Of a stretch of DNA of 64,000 nt, positions 9,072 to 18,839 are shown one piece after another. The stretch lies in the NCBI GenBank assembly GCA_903893545.1, contig CAITMJ010000009.1:217853-281852 (forward strand). The letters run 5' to 3'. The stretch's first letter is position 1. Each line of letters starts with the position of its first letter. The translations under genes and the position numbers were made by a program. Source of the DNA: an uncultured Chlamydiae bacterium. Its GTDB lineage: Bacteria; Chlamydiota; Chlamydiia; Chlamydiales; SM23-39. A model generated the notes under the pieces. The model was given only the letters and a program-made list of their open reading frames with translations. It was not told the DNA's origin and made no database searches.

Positions 9072-9991
9072 GCGAGATTGCGGCGGCGGCCCCAAGCTTG
9101 AAGAAAAGGGGCGATAGGGTAAGAGACGATCGTCTCTCTATCCGAGCTAAACGCTGGATCCATGCATAAAACGGTTTTCTCTAGACTGTCGTAACCGATA
9201 AGCAGTAAGAGATGACCGTTCGAGTAGGGGGTGGCTCCTCCAGGTAACGGACCCTTGACGCTCACGACAACGGGGAGTCCTTTTGCCAACGCTGCATGGG
9301 CTGCGGAAAAATTCGAGAGGCGCGCGACATACGTCTGATAATTTCCTTCCAGCGCCTCGTAAGCGGCAGCGGTATTTAAAATCCAGTTTCCATAGATATC
9401 GAACTCATTATCGTGGACCTTTGAAGCAAAGACCAGAGGATCGACGAGTTTTTTTTTCCAAAGAAAATTGATCGCCGCAGTAGTGGAAGTGGGAGAGCAA
9501 AGATCTCGGTGGCGTGGATGAGGGAGTAGCATTTGGCAGTGAGGGAAAATTCCGTTTAGATGCAAAGAGGCAAGAGCGGGGACAGGCTCTATCTGGAACT
9601 GCGAGGTATCGGAGGTGCATACATGCAGTTCATGCAGAGTTGAAATATCCGCGCCAAGGGCAGGTTTTACAACGATACGAAACCCGGTGGAAAGGCCACT
9701 TTTAGGAGTTACGGCGTCTTGGTATGAGGTGGCCGTAGTCGTGGAGCTGTGGAAAGTTTTCTGCCAGGTAGCGCCCCACTGAGCATATTCCAAAAAGGGG
9801 GACCACTCCGATTGAAAAAGGCTGACGTAAAACGTCCAACATCCTTGAGCAGGGCGAAATCCATTCCAAGAAAGAATCAGCTCATTAAAGGGTTGCTGGG
9901 TAAACTTTTCATAAACAGCCCCCTCTCGATAAGCAAAAGAAATTACATTCCCCACTCCCGCTATAGCGGGAATGGTCTTAGAGGCCGTCAA
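9023..9991 (-). CDS. Peptidase C39-like family protein
   Basis: Q..LCSPTS (catalytic Cys), GNW, GHLLLLIGYD (His), DPA (Asp). Confidence 0.8.
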   Translation of the reverse strand: MTASKTIPAIAGVGNVISFAYREGAVYEKFTQQPFNELILSWNGFRPAQGCWTFYVSLFQSEWSPFLEYAQWGATWQKTFHSSTTTATSYQDAVTPKSGLSTGFRIVVKPALGADISTLHELHVCTSDTSQFQIEPVPALASLHLNGIFPHCQMLLPHPRHRDLCSPTSTTAAINFLWKKKLVDPLVFASKVHDNEFDIYGNWILNTAAAYEALEGNYQTYVARLSNFSAAHAALAKGLPVVVSVKGPLPGGATPYSNGHLLLLIGYDSLEKTVLCMDPAFSSDRETIVSYPIAPFLQAWGRRRNLAYFFEPKFFISRSNSR

Positions 9992-10146
9992 CCGATTGTT
10001 TCATCTATTAGATTTTCTGTATGCAACAGACGTTTCACAAAAGAATTACGGCTTTTTTTATTGGACGGGCCAGTTTCGCAAGTTTCAGGATCAGTAACAA
10101 GCTTTTCGCAGCCTTGCACTATTTTAGATTGTGACCAGGGTTTCAT
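9988..10146 (-). CDS. Small 52-aa ORF (MKPWSQSKIVQGCEKLVTDPETCETGPSNKKSRNSFVKRLLHTENLIDETIG), absent from ORF track
   Basis: AGGAG SD upstream; TGA overlaps the TTG start of the C39 gene. Confidence 0.45.
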   Translation of the reverse strand: MKPWSQSKIVQGCEKLVTDPETCETGPSNKKSRNSFVKRLLHTENLIDETIG

Positions 10147-10215
10147 AAAATCTCTCCTAAGCTGGTTTATAAAAAAATTAAGGAAAGATTTAGCTAAAAA
10201 CAGATTTTTGTCAAG

Positions 10216-11370
10216 TTACTTTTCTGAAAGAGTGGAATTTTCTCTGATTTGCACAATGGAAAACAGTCCGAGAAAAAGAGAAATTGCAGAAAGAAAATAA
10301 AAGAGTCCTGCCATTCCGAAAAAATCCATCGCTAAAGGCGCTAAAAGAGGACCTGAGATTGCGCCAATCCCATAAGAGAGGACAAAGCCTCCTGTGACAG
10401 CAATGATTTGGTGGTCTTGCGCTTTTTCGCAACTGTACGCCATGCTAAGAGGATAGAGAGTAAACGAAAATCCACCAAAACAGCAAGCGAGAATCATGAG
10501 AGAAGTTAAAGAATGGTGATTGATGACCGCAATGGCAAAACTAAAGATCGCAGAGAAAAGGCTGGCCAGACAAAGAATAAGACGCCTATTGCCTTTATCG
10601 GCCAGTCTTCCAATCGGCCACTGCAAACTCAATCCTCCAAAAATAATCACAGCCATTAAATTTCCGATTTGAGGGATAGAGAGGCCCGTTTCTTTCGCAT
10701 AAACAGGAACAAGTCCATAAACGGCCGAAAGAATCATCCCTGAGATAATGCCGCCGACAAACCCTAAAGGAGAGAGGCGGAAAAGCTCGATCATCGTTAG
10801 GTGGCCTGTATGGGTAATTTTAGGCGCTAGAGCTTTTGAACCCATCAGAGGAAAAATAGAAAGGATGCAAAAAAATGCCGTGATGAAAAATGGCCAGAGC
10901 CCAAGAGGGTTTGGGATCTTAAATAGGAGCTGACCCACTGTTAGGGCTGCATAGAAGATCCCTAAGTAAATCGAAAGCACAGCGCCTCGAGTCTTTGTCG
11001 TGCTTCGCATGAGTAGCCAGCTTTCAATGGAAATGAAGATCCCAGCCATACAAACCCCGCCGATGAGGCGAAGAGAGGCCCAATACCAGGGATTGATCCA
11101 AATGCTCTGCGCTAACACAACCGCTGCTATCGTCAATGCAAAGGCGAAAAATGATCGAGAGTGGCCTACTTTGGCAATCCAGCGATCGATCCAAAAAGAG
11201 CCGAGCAAAACTCCGCCATTGGCCGCAGAAGTCACAAACCCAATCACCTCTGGATCAAAGCCTTCGATTTCAAGACGAACGGAGACGAATGTATTGAAAA
11301 GGCCGCTGGCCATAATGAGAAGGGCAAGGCTTATGAGAGGCGAAGCTAGATCGCGGATGAGTGAGAGCAT
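10216..11370 (-). CDS. MFS transporter (YcaD-like)
   Basis: ~12 TM; IESWL and GRLADKGNRR motifs. Confidence 0.85.
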   Translation of the reverse strand: MLSLIRDLASPLISLALLIMASGLFNTFVSVRLEIEGFDPEVIGFVTSAANGGVLLGSFWIDRWIAKVGHSRSFFAFALTIAAVVLAQSIWINPWYWASLRLIGGVCMAGIFISIESWLLMRSTTKTRGAVLSIYLGIFYAALTVGQLLFKIPNPLGLWPFFITAFFCILSIFPLMGSKALAPKITHTGHLTMIELFRLSPLGFVGGIISGMILSAVYGLVPVYAKETGLSIPQIGNLMAVIIFGGLSLQWPIGRLADKGNRRLILCLASLFSAIFSFAIAVINHHSLTSLMILACCFGGFSFTLYPLSMAYSCEKAQDHQIIAVTGGFVLSYGIGAISGPLLAPLAMDFFGMAGLFYFLSAISLFLGLFSIVQIRENSTLSEK

Positions 11371-11505
11371 ACTTAACAGTTAACGGAACTGCTGTTTTCT
11401 TCAAAACCCTTTTTTATTCAACTTACGTTAAATGATTTAAGATTTATTTCCATTTAATTGCCAATTAATATAATAATTAAGTTGTAAATTTAATTACTGG
11501 CTATT

Positions 11506-13620
11506 ATGAAACAGAAGACTCGTGAAACTATTCCAATTCAAGAAGCTATGGATAATTTAGCGGCTATTTCAACGATCGATCTAAGCGCCCCAGGGCCGAT
11601 CGGGATCCTCAAGAAAACGAAAATCGTCACCGATGAAGAGGAATGTCTAAGTCAGGAAGTAGAGTGGCTGAGCGGGGAGGGGAGCGAGGCGATTTTAGAG
11701 GTTTTAGACCTGACCTATGGAGCGATTCACGATCATTTAGTCCGCCTTTTAGAAAATAACGAAATGGATTGGAAAAATGACCGAAGCGTTCAGGCGATTG
11801 CCGCTATGATGGCCCTTGTCGGCGAATCGGCGGAGAGACTCGGAAAGTATTTAGAATTTCGGCTTGGAAAACCAATTGATAAAATCGCTCTGCGACCTGA
11901 ATATCGGGCGCTTTCCGAGTTTTACAAAGATCGATTTTTAGAAAAGATCAAGAGCAAAGAACCCCATGAGGCCACCGAAGGGATCTCTGATATGGAAGCG
12001 GTTCGAAGCGATCGCGACTATGAGCTTTTCTATATCCGGCATGAAGATGGCGCTCCTTATTTCAATCTCGATCTTTTACGTCACATGCGCCTCGTTTCTG
12101 ATTTCGAGTCGGAAGGGGAAAATTTCGAAGAAGATCCACTTTTGCAAGTCCGTTCTATGATGGATCGAGATACGCATGCTTCGGCGAGCCAAATCCTTCA
12201 TGCTTGCCGCCGCCAAATGGATGATTTTTATAAGATTTTCCGCAAAATTTCCACAAATGATCTCGCCTTAGCGCTTAGCAGTGCGATCACTGCTTTATTT
12301 CTCTCTGCAAATCCGCGAAACCTTCTCTCAAATACGACGGGAAAGACGGCGCTCTCTTATTTTGAGGATTTTCATTCTTTTCTTCGCGCCGGTTTTAAGA
12401 CTCCAGAATATCAAAAGATGATCGCTTATCCGCCGGAAAAAACAGATACCATGGCCTATGTCCTTTTAAACCTAATCCATGCGCTTTCCGATCGCTTTTT
12501 CCATAGAAATGGAGGGGTAAAGCAAGAATCGATTGGACTGATTCATAGAACTTCAAGACGGGGGACTGAAAAAACATCCGAGAAGAAAGGGGTGGGGATT
12601 TGGAATCAATTCCTCATCGAAGATGAGAACTATCGGACGCTTTTGGCTAAATTCCCAAGCGGCCCGCTTCTTAAAATTATCGATCTTGTTCGCGCTGAGG
12701 AATCTGTAACAGTTCCTTTTGATCCGATTGCGCAAAATAACTTCCCTGTTGCGCAGTTTTCTGCCATCTCGAGAGGTCGGGAGTTCTCTTTCCTCCGCAT
12801 CCCTTCTCCGACCAAACAGACGTTGATCAGCAAGGTGGAAATTGTCGATGAGTTCCGAGGTCTTCTTCGCTTTTATCATATGCAAAATAAGGGACAAAAA
12901 CATCTCCTCATCAACCTGCAAGATCGCTCGTCTTGGAAAGAGTTTGCAAGGGCCAAGGCGCTCGAAGCGATGCAAAAGAATGCAGAATTCAATGCTGTTC
13001 TCGTTGTATTTACCCTTCCAAAATCGACTGATTTTTATTTCCAGACCGGCCAATATCTAAACGTGAATAGCGCCTCTGACTTTTTCGCTTCTTTTTTAAA
13101 GCAGCTAGGCTCTCCAGAAGAGTTCGGGTATTGCTTGCCACCTTCTTTTAAACCTGCTGAACTTCAACGTTTTGCGGAAGATATTTTCCCCTTGATCCAC
13201 ACCTATTTCTTTGAGAAAAAATCCAATTTGACAAGAGGAGCTCGGGAAGATTTTATCGATATCTTCAATCAATTTCTTCTTTTAAAGCTCATCGATCATT
13301 TTCACCCCTCATCGATCAGCTTTACCTGTAAAGACGCTATCGATACAGGCGCTGCGGAAAGTGCCTCTTTTTATGCCTTTTTAAAGCTCTTAAAAAATGA
13401 GTTCAAAACAAAAGAAGAGCACGATTATTTTCGCTGGCTTCTCTATGCCCCATCTCTTTTTGTCCGCGAACGGGCCATCGATGGAGAAAGATTTAATCGA
13501 ATGCTCTCCAGTCTTGAGCGTTTAGAGAACGGGTTTATCGAGAACTCCAAAGAGATCCTTCGAAAGTTTGAAGAGCTTTACAACCCAGAGCTCTTCAAAA
13601 CTCTCGAAATCAAAAATTAA
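11506..13620 (+). CDS. Large hypothetical protein with degenerate CX5R-like loop
   Basis: 704-aa ORF; SFTCKDAIDTG in the C-terminal part. Confidence 0.75.
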   Translation: MKQKTRETIPIQEAMDNLAAISTIDLSAPGPIGILKKTKIVTDEEECLSQEVEWLSGEGSEAILEVLDLTYGAIHDHLVRLLENNEMDWKNDRSVQAIAAMMALVGESAERLGKYLEFRLGKPIDKIALRPEYRALSEFYKDRFLEKIKSKEPHEATEGISDMEAVRSDRDYELFYIRHEDGAPYFNLDLLRHMRLVSDFESEGENFEEDPLLQVRSMMDRDTHASASQILHACRRQMDDFYKIFRKISTNDLALALSSAITALFLSANPRNLLSNTTGKTALSYFEDFHSFLRAGFKTPEYQKMIAYPPEKTDTMAYVLLNLIHALSDRFFHRNGGVKQESIGLIHRTSRRGTEKTSEKKGVGIWNQFLIEDENYRTLLAKFPSGPLLKIIDLVRAEESVTVPFDPIAQNNFPVAQFSAISRGREFSFLRIPSPTKQTLISKVEIVDEFRGLLRFYHMQNKGQKHLLINLQDRSSWKEFARAKALEAMQKNAEFNAVLVVFTLPKSTDFYFQTGQYLNVNSASDFFASFLKQLGSPEEFGYCLPPSFKPAELQRFAEDIFPLIHTYFFEKKSNLTRGAREDFIDIFNQFLLLKLIDHFHPSSISFTCKDAIDTGAAESASFYAFLKLLKNEFKTKEEHDYFRWLLYAPSLFVRERAIDGERFNRMLSSLERLENGFIENSKEILRKFEELYNPELFKTLEIKN

Positions 13621-14840
13621 TCATCGGTGTTGGCGACGAGCTCTTCGTTGTAGAGCTTGATCGAGTCGGTTAGCGACTGCACTTGCCGTAGCAGCGAGGC
13701 AAAATCCCGCTTAAAGGATTCATTTTGAAAGACTTTTTGTCTCTCTTCTCGACCGCCGGCTCTATCTAAGAGTTCAGTGAGGCGGCCCAAAGAGGTTTGG
13801 ATCGTGTCGACTTCTCCCTCGAAGTAAGTGCGAAACTCGCTTGGCGTGTCTAGTGCTTTGAGAAAGTTTGCTTTTTTCGTTCTTCCGCGCTGCCAGCCTT
13901 TATCGTACTGAAAGAGAATCCCATAATGATTGATATCATTCATGAGCGTTTCGACTTTCCCCGTAATGGAAGAGAGTCGGAGATAAAAATCTTCGCTATT
14001 GATAAAACGGCCTACTGTGCCTGTTCCTGTGGCCAGGTCTCTTCCGATTTGGTTTAAATAGCGGAGCGTAGAAGCTCCATCTGTATTGAGAAAATGAGCT
14101 GTTTGATCGAGCTTTTCAATGAGATCTGTTGTTTTGTGGAGCAGCTGATCGTCGCCAAGCGCTCTTTTTGTCCATTCTAGATTCTCTGAGAGAAGACCTA
14201 GCGATTGCGTGAGAGAGGGGATCAGCTTTTCACGATCGATTTGGCTCAAAAATGTGTCCATGCGAGACACAGTTCCGTTAAAAGAAGCAACGGAAGCGGT
14301 TAACTGCTCTTTATTTTGGAGAAACCAGCCATCGAGATGATCCACAGTCGCTTGGATACGGGCTGCGACTTTTGCCACCTGATTGACCGAGTTTTCCAAA
14401 GGATCAACAGAATTGGCATAAATGACCTGGTCGGTCACAACCTCGAGGGCTTTACCGCTGGGAGGATTTTTCGGCAAGATCGCGATCGAGCGTTCTCCCA
14501 TAAGACCTGTCGTTCTGATAGCCACTTCGTCAGTTGTATAGAAGTTAACGCTCGAATCGAGTTTTAATGTGAGCTGATAGAGAAAGACGCGCCCGTGTTC
14601 ATCGAGGCGCTGATCGCGGGCATTGGGAACTATCTCAATTGCTGCGACCTCTCCAACAGGCTTTCCCGCAAAAGTGACTCGCGTGCCGACCGAGATCCCC
14701 GCTACGTTTGCAAAGCGGACGTGAAGAACCTGCTTTCCATCGCCCACGTTGGGCTCGAGAAAGAGGATCATCGAAACGGCGATCATGATCGCAACTGCCA
14801 CAAAGAGGCCGATCAGGATATTCTTGAGCTGGTCAGTCAT
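13617..14840 (-). CDS. mlaD: MlaD/MCE family protein
   Basis: N-terminal TM; AGISVGTRVTFAGKPVGEV and TTGLMGE MCE motifs; long helical tail. Confidence 0.9.
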   Translation of the reverse strand: MTDQLKNILIGLFVAVAIMIAVSMILFLEPNVGDGKQVLHVRFANVAGISVGTRVTFAGKPVGEVAAIEIVPNARDQRLDEHGRVFLYQLTLKLDSSVNFYTTDEVAIRTTGLMGERSIAILPKNPPSGKALEVVTDQVIYANSVDPLENSVNQVAKVAARIQATVDHLDGWFLQNKEQLTASVASFNGTVSRMDTFLSQIDREKLIPSLTQSLGLLSENLEWTKRALGDDQLLHKTTDLIEKLDQTAHFLNTDGASTLRYLNQIGRDLATGTGTVGRFINSEDFYLRLSSITGKVETLMNDINHYGILFQYDKGWQRGRTKKANFLKALDTPSEFRTYFEGEVDTIQTSLGRLTELLDRAGGREERQKVFQNESFKRDFASLLRQVQSLTDSIKLYNEELVANTDD

Positions 14841-15583
14841 ACGGCTTTTTTCCTTGGCTTAAGAGTCAGATTATCTCGAAGAAAGTTGATGATGGGGTGA
14901 TCGATTTGCAAAAAGGCATCTGGCCTTTCCACATGGACGATTTTGCCATTTTCATGCAGGGCCAAGCGATCGGCAATGAAAAGAGCCGAATTGATATCGT
15001 GGGTGACCACAATGCTCGTCCCTTTGAGCTCTGCTTGTGTTTTTACGATCAGTTCATTGATCTGTTGAGCGGTGATCGGATCTAGACCAGTTGTCGGCTC
15101 ATCATAAAGTAGAATCGAAGGGCGATAGGCGATAAGGCGAGCAAGGCCTGCTCTTTTTCTCATGCCGCCAGAAAGATCAGAGGGCATTTTTTTCTCGCAG
15201 CCGGAAAGACCGACCATCGCTAAAGCATCGAGAGTTCTCCGCTGCACCTCTTCTGCAGGAGCGCCATGCTGCTTGAGATAGAACGCAGTGTTTTCTTCTA
15301 GATTCATCGAATCGAATAGAGCCGCACCCTGAAAGAGCATTCCCATGTTTTTAATGGCGAGGTAGAGATCGTTTTTTTTAAGCGAAGAGATAGGTTGATT
15401 ATTGACCTCTATCGAACCGGCGTCTGGTTTTTCAATGCCGATGATATGGCGAAGCAAGACGCTCTTTCCAACGCCAGAGCGGCCCAAGATCACAAGGATT
15501 TCTCCTTGGTTGACATCGAGATCGAGTCCTTTTAGGACATCGACAGTGCCATAGCGCTTCCAGAGGTTGCGGATCTTGATCAT
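14837..15583 (-). CDS. mlaF: Mla ABC transporter ATPase
   Basis: GRSGVGKS, LSGGMRKR, YDEPTTGLDP. Confidence 0.92.
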   Translation of the reverse strand: MIKIRNLWKRYGTVDVLKGLDLDVNQGEILVILGRSGVGKSVLLRHIIGIEKPDAGSIEVNNQPISSLKKNDLYLAIKNMGMLFQGAALFDSMNLEENTAFYLKQHGAPAEEVQRRTLDALAMVGLSGCEKKMPSDLSGGMRKRAGLARLIAYRPSILLYDEPTTGLDPITAQQINELIVKTQAELKGTSIVVTHDINSALFIADRLALHENGKIVHVERPDAFLQIDHPIINFLRDNLTLKPRKKAV

Positions 15584-15591
15584 TGCTCTTT

Positions 15592-16380
15592 CTACAGGTA
15601 TTTAAGCTTCATATGGATCATGTTGAGCAACATCGTCAAGAAAAAATCGGAGATCAGGATCAAAACGTAGCTGGTGACGACGCTTTGGGTGGTTGATTTG
15701 CCGACGCCCGCAGCCCCGCCGACAGTTCTCATCCCCTTATAACAACAGACAGTTACGAGGATGACGCCGAAGATAAAGGACTTGATCATCCCCGTGGCAA
15801 AATCAAACGTTGTAATATGCAACTTCATCGGCTGAAAATAGCTCAAAGGGGAGAGGTTGAAGTAAAAAACAGCGATGAGATAGCCCCCGAAAATCCCCAT
15901 CACAATCGAAAAGAGGGTCAAAAGGGGAATCATGAAGATCCCGGCTAAAAAGCGGGGAGCGACCAGGTAAGAGTTTGGATTGATAGCCATCGATTTTAAG
16001 GCATCGATCTGTTCGGTCACCTTCATTGTCCCTAGCTCTGCGCACATCGATGCGCCGACTCGACCTGTCACCATAAACGCCGTCAAAATCGGTCCGAGTT
16101 CTGTGATCATCGATTTGGCCACGAGCACTCCCGTCACCCCGGCAAGCCCTTTTTGACCGAGCTGATAAAATGATTGTGCGGCCAAGACAAAGCCCGTCGT
16201 AAAACCGGTGATCGCCACCACGGAAAAAGACATCACGCCGAGATGATACAGTTGTTCTCGGACAAGGCGCCAATTCGGCGGTTTGCGAACCGTGGCAAAA
16301 AAGACATCGAGCACCAAGGATAGATATTCGCCGATCATTTCCAAGATGCGAAAGCAGTGCTGCTTGACCAAAGTATACAT
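15592..16380 (-). CDS. mlaE: Mla ABC transporter permease
   Basis: ELGPILTA and AELGTMKVTEQIDAL motifs. Confidence 0.92.
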   Translation of the reverse strand: MYTLVKQHCFRILEMIGEYLSLVLDVFFATVRKPPNWRLVREQLYHLGVMSFSVVAITGFTTGFVLAAQSFYQLGQKGLAGVTGVLVAKSMITELGPILTAFMVTGRVGASMCAELGTMKVTEQIDALKSMAINPNSYLVAPRFLAGIFMIPLLTLFSIVMGIFGGYLIAVFYFNLSPLSYFQPMKLHITTFDFATGMIKSFIFGVILVTVCCYKGMRTVGGAAGVGKSTTQSVVTSYVLILISDFFLTMLLNMIHMKLKYL

Positions 16381-16471
16381 GGACCCTCTCTAATTGCATC
16401 TTAGAGCAATAGAAGATTTTGCTGCTAGGATATCGAAAAAGAGATAGGTTATATTATAGAAAGGAGTTTTT

Positions 16472-17473
16472 ATGCGACATGCTTTGACCTATGACGATGT
16501 TGCGCTTGTACCGCAATTCAACAACATCCCTTCCCGTACAGAACCTCTTTTGGAGAGCTGGCTGACGAGAAAACTAAAAATCTCCATTCCGATCTTGGCC
16601 GCAAATATGGACACGGTCATCGGCGATGAATTGGCCGAAATTCTCCTCGCTCAAGGCTCGATTCCGATTTTTCACCGCTTTACCGATTTTCAAGACCAAA
16701 TCAAATGGGTCAAGAAGTTTGAAGGAAAAACCTTTGTCTCATCGGGAATTCAAAAGTTAGACGAGACGCGAAAACTTCTAGACCTAGGAGCGCTCGGCGT
16801 CTGCATCGATGTCGCTCATGGCCATTCCGATCGGATGTTCCGCTATATCGAAGAGCTCAAGACTATGCACCCCGATAAAGAGATCATCGCGGGCAACGTC
16901 TGCACGGCGATGGCCTACCACGACCTAGTCAACGCAGGAGCTGATGCGGTAAAAGTAGGAGTTGGCCCAGGCGCTGCTTGCACGACCCGCATGGTCACAG
17001 GCTTTGGAATTCCCCAGTTTACCGCCGTTCAAGATTGCGCCCGAATCGCCGAAAAGCTCCGGGTGCCTCTCATCGCCGACGGGGGGATCCGAACCAGCCG
17101 CGATGTCGTCTTAGCGCTAGCTGCTGGCGCCAGCACTGTCATGATCGGCAAGCTTTTTGCCCTTACCAAAGAAAGCGCTGCCCAAAAGCGTAAAGGCGCC
17201 TCTGGCCTAGAGGCCAAGTTTCGCGGGCAAGCTTCGGCTGACTTTCAAAATGAGTTTTATGGGGGCCTAAAAGCCAAAACCGTGGCCGAAGGGGTCGATT
17301 TTTGGGCAGAGCTCTCGGGGACGGCCGAGGAGCTGATCAATAATTTCCTCGGGGGGATCCGGAGCGGCATGACCTATGGTGGGGCTCGGAGCCTCAAAGA
17401 ATTGCAGAGAAAGGCCGAATTTGTCCAGGTATCTCCTGCCTATATCTATGAGAGCAAGCCTAGGCCTGCATAA
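16472..17473 (+). CDS. IMPDH/GMP reductase family enzyme lacking CBS domains; GMP reductase favoured
   Basis: [22 protein letters not shown] (catalytic Cys), IADGG; no Arg-Tyr flap dyad seen. Confidence 0.85.
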   Translation: MRHALTYDDVALVPQFNNIPSRTEPLLESWLTRKLKISIPILAANMDTVIGDELAEILLAQGSIPIFHRFTDFQDQIKWVKKFEGKTFVSSGIQKLDETRKLLDLGALGVCIDVAHGHSDRMFRYIEELKTMHPDKEIIAGNVCTAMAYHDLVNAGADAVKVGVGPGAACTTRMVTGFGIPQFTAVQDCARIAEKLRVPLIADGGIRTSRDVVLALAAGASTVMIGKLFALTKESAAQKRKGASGLEAKFRGQASADFQNEFYGGLKAKTVAEGVDFWAELSGTAEELINNFLGGIRSGMTYGGARSLKELQRKAEFVQVSPAYIYESKPRPA

Positions 17474-17525
17474 AGAAGTACATTAAATTACCCATCTCTT
17501 ATAATGAGCAATAGGTAGAGAGAGT

Positions 17526-18839
17526 ATGGTAAAAGATTTTTTACACGCTGATAAAAAGATTTACGATTCAGTCCACGGATTTATCCCCTTTGATGAATTC
17601 GAGAAGGAACTGATCGACTCAATTCCCTTCCAACGGCTCCACTACATCCATCAACTGGGGATTGCCTATTTGGTCTACCCCGGGGCGACCCATACCCGTT
17701 TTGAGCACTCGCTCGGCGTCATGCTGCTCGCCTCGCTCATGTTCGACAAGATCTGCAAGTCAGTTCGCCCTGACGTATTCCACTTTGTCCCCCGAAAAGG
17801 GTCGTCTGACTTCCTCTATTGGCGACGAGTGATCCGGATGGCAGCTCTTTGCCATGATTTAGGCCATTTACCCTTCTCCCATGTCGCCGAAAAAGACCTT
17901 CTGACTCCCTGGGGCCACGAACAGATGACCTTAAAAGTGATCGACAGCCCCCATTTAAAACCCGTCTGGGATAAACTTAAGGCGACCCCCTCCTATTTAG
18001 AAGACCTCATCGATCGGGACATCATCGAAGACATTAAGAAGATTTCGATTGGAGAAGCAAAGTGGAAGGCGCTGACCGGCAAGGGCTTTACCCCTTGGGA
18101 GCGGATCGTCTCAGAGCTGATTACCGGAGATTTTTTTGGAGCTGATCGGATCGATTATTTGATTCGAGATGCAAAGAGCACCGGAGTAGCCTATGGGCTT
18201 TTCGATTACCATCAACTCATCGAGATGCTCCGCATCTTGCCGAGCGTCGATAGGGGAGCGGACGAGCTTCAACTCGGGATCGATGAAAACGGATTAGAAT
18301 CGTGCGAAGCCTTACTTCTCGCTCGCCATTTTATGCACCGCCGCATCTACCAATACTCTTCTGTAAAAGCCTACAATTTTCACCTCCGCCGCTACATGAA
18401 AGCCAATTTCACAGCAAAGATGTTTGAGGATTTAGAGACATTTTTATCCATTAGCGACACAGATGTGATCTCGTCGTTAAATAAAGCGGCTAAAGATCCA
18501 AAAGCTCCCGGCCATCAAGACGCAAAATGTGTCATCTATAGACAGCACCGGTTCCGCGCGATCGCCCTTCCCGACACGATGGCTGAAAAAGATCTCAAAG
18601 AATACAAAGCCAAAAATAAACTCCAAGACACAGATATCGACTGGGAGTTTCAACGAAATAACGCGCCGCCAGAAAAACTATCATTCCCTGTTTCTCGAAG
18701 ACACGTCGTCGTTCAAAAAGCGTGCAATTGCTCCGATCTTCTCTTAAAAGTTCCTTCGAAAAAATCGAACTGGGTTTACATTTCCCCAACCTGCGACTAC
18801 GATTTAGTCGCCTTCCTGAGTTCCTGGCCGCACCAATGA
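17526..18839 (+). CDS. HD-domain phosphohydrolase (SAMHD1/YdhJ-like dNTPase family)
   Basis: FQRL..I.QLG, YPGATHTRFEHSLG, HDLGHLPFSH, ADRIDYLIRD. Confidence 0.9.
   Translation: MVKDFLHADKKIYDSVHGFIPFDEFEKELIDSIPFQRLHYIHQLGIAYLVYPGATHTRFEHSLGVMLLASLMFDKICKSVRPDVFHFVPRKGSSDFLYWRRVIRMAALCHDLGHLPFSHVAEKDLLTPWGHEQMTLKVIDSPHLKPVWDKLKATPSYLEDLIDRDIIEDIKKISIGEAKWKALTGKGFTPWERIVSELITGDFFGADRIDYLIRDAKSTGVAYGLFDYHQLIEMLRILPSVDRGADELQLGIDENGLESCEALLLARHFMHRRIYQYSSVKAYNFHLRRYMKANFTAKMFEDLETFLSISDTDVISSLNKAAKDPKAPGHQDAKCVIYRQHRFRAIALPDTMAEKDLKEYKAKNKLQDTDIDWEFQRNNAPPEKLSFPVSRRHVVVQKACNCSDLLLKVPSKKSNWVYISPTCDYDLVAFLSSWPHQ

Noticed and set aside
8287-9991. Holin-like pair plus peptidase as a prophage lysis cassette
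   Set aside because: Genes are convergent and no integrase, terminase or structural phage genes are in the window
15803-16399. 198-aa alternative-frame ORF over mlaE, and similar overlapping ORFs throughout the track
   Set aside because: Fully overlap well-supported genes and have no recognisable motifs
17526-18839. HD dNTPase as an anti-phage nucleotide-depletion system
   Set aside because: Context is nucleotide metabolism and transport; no defence-island genes nearby
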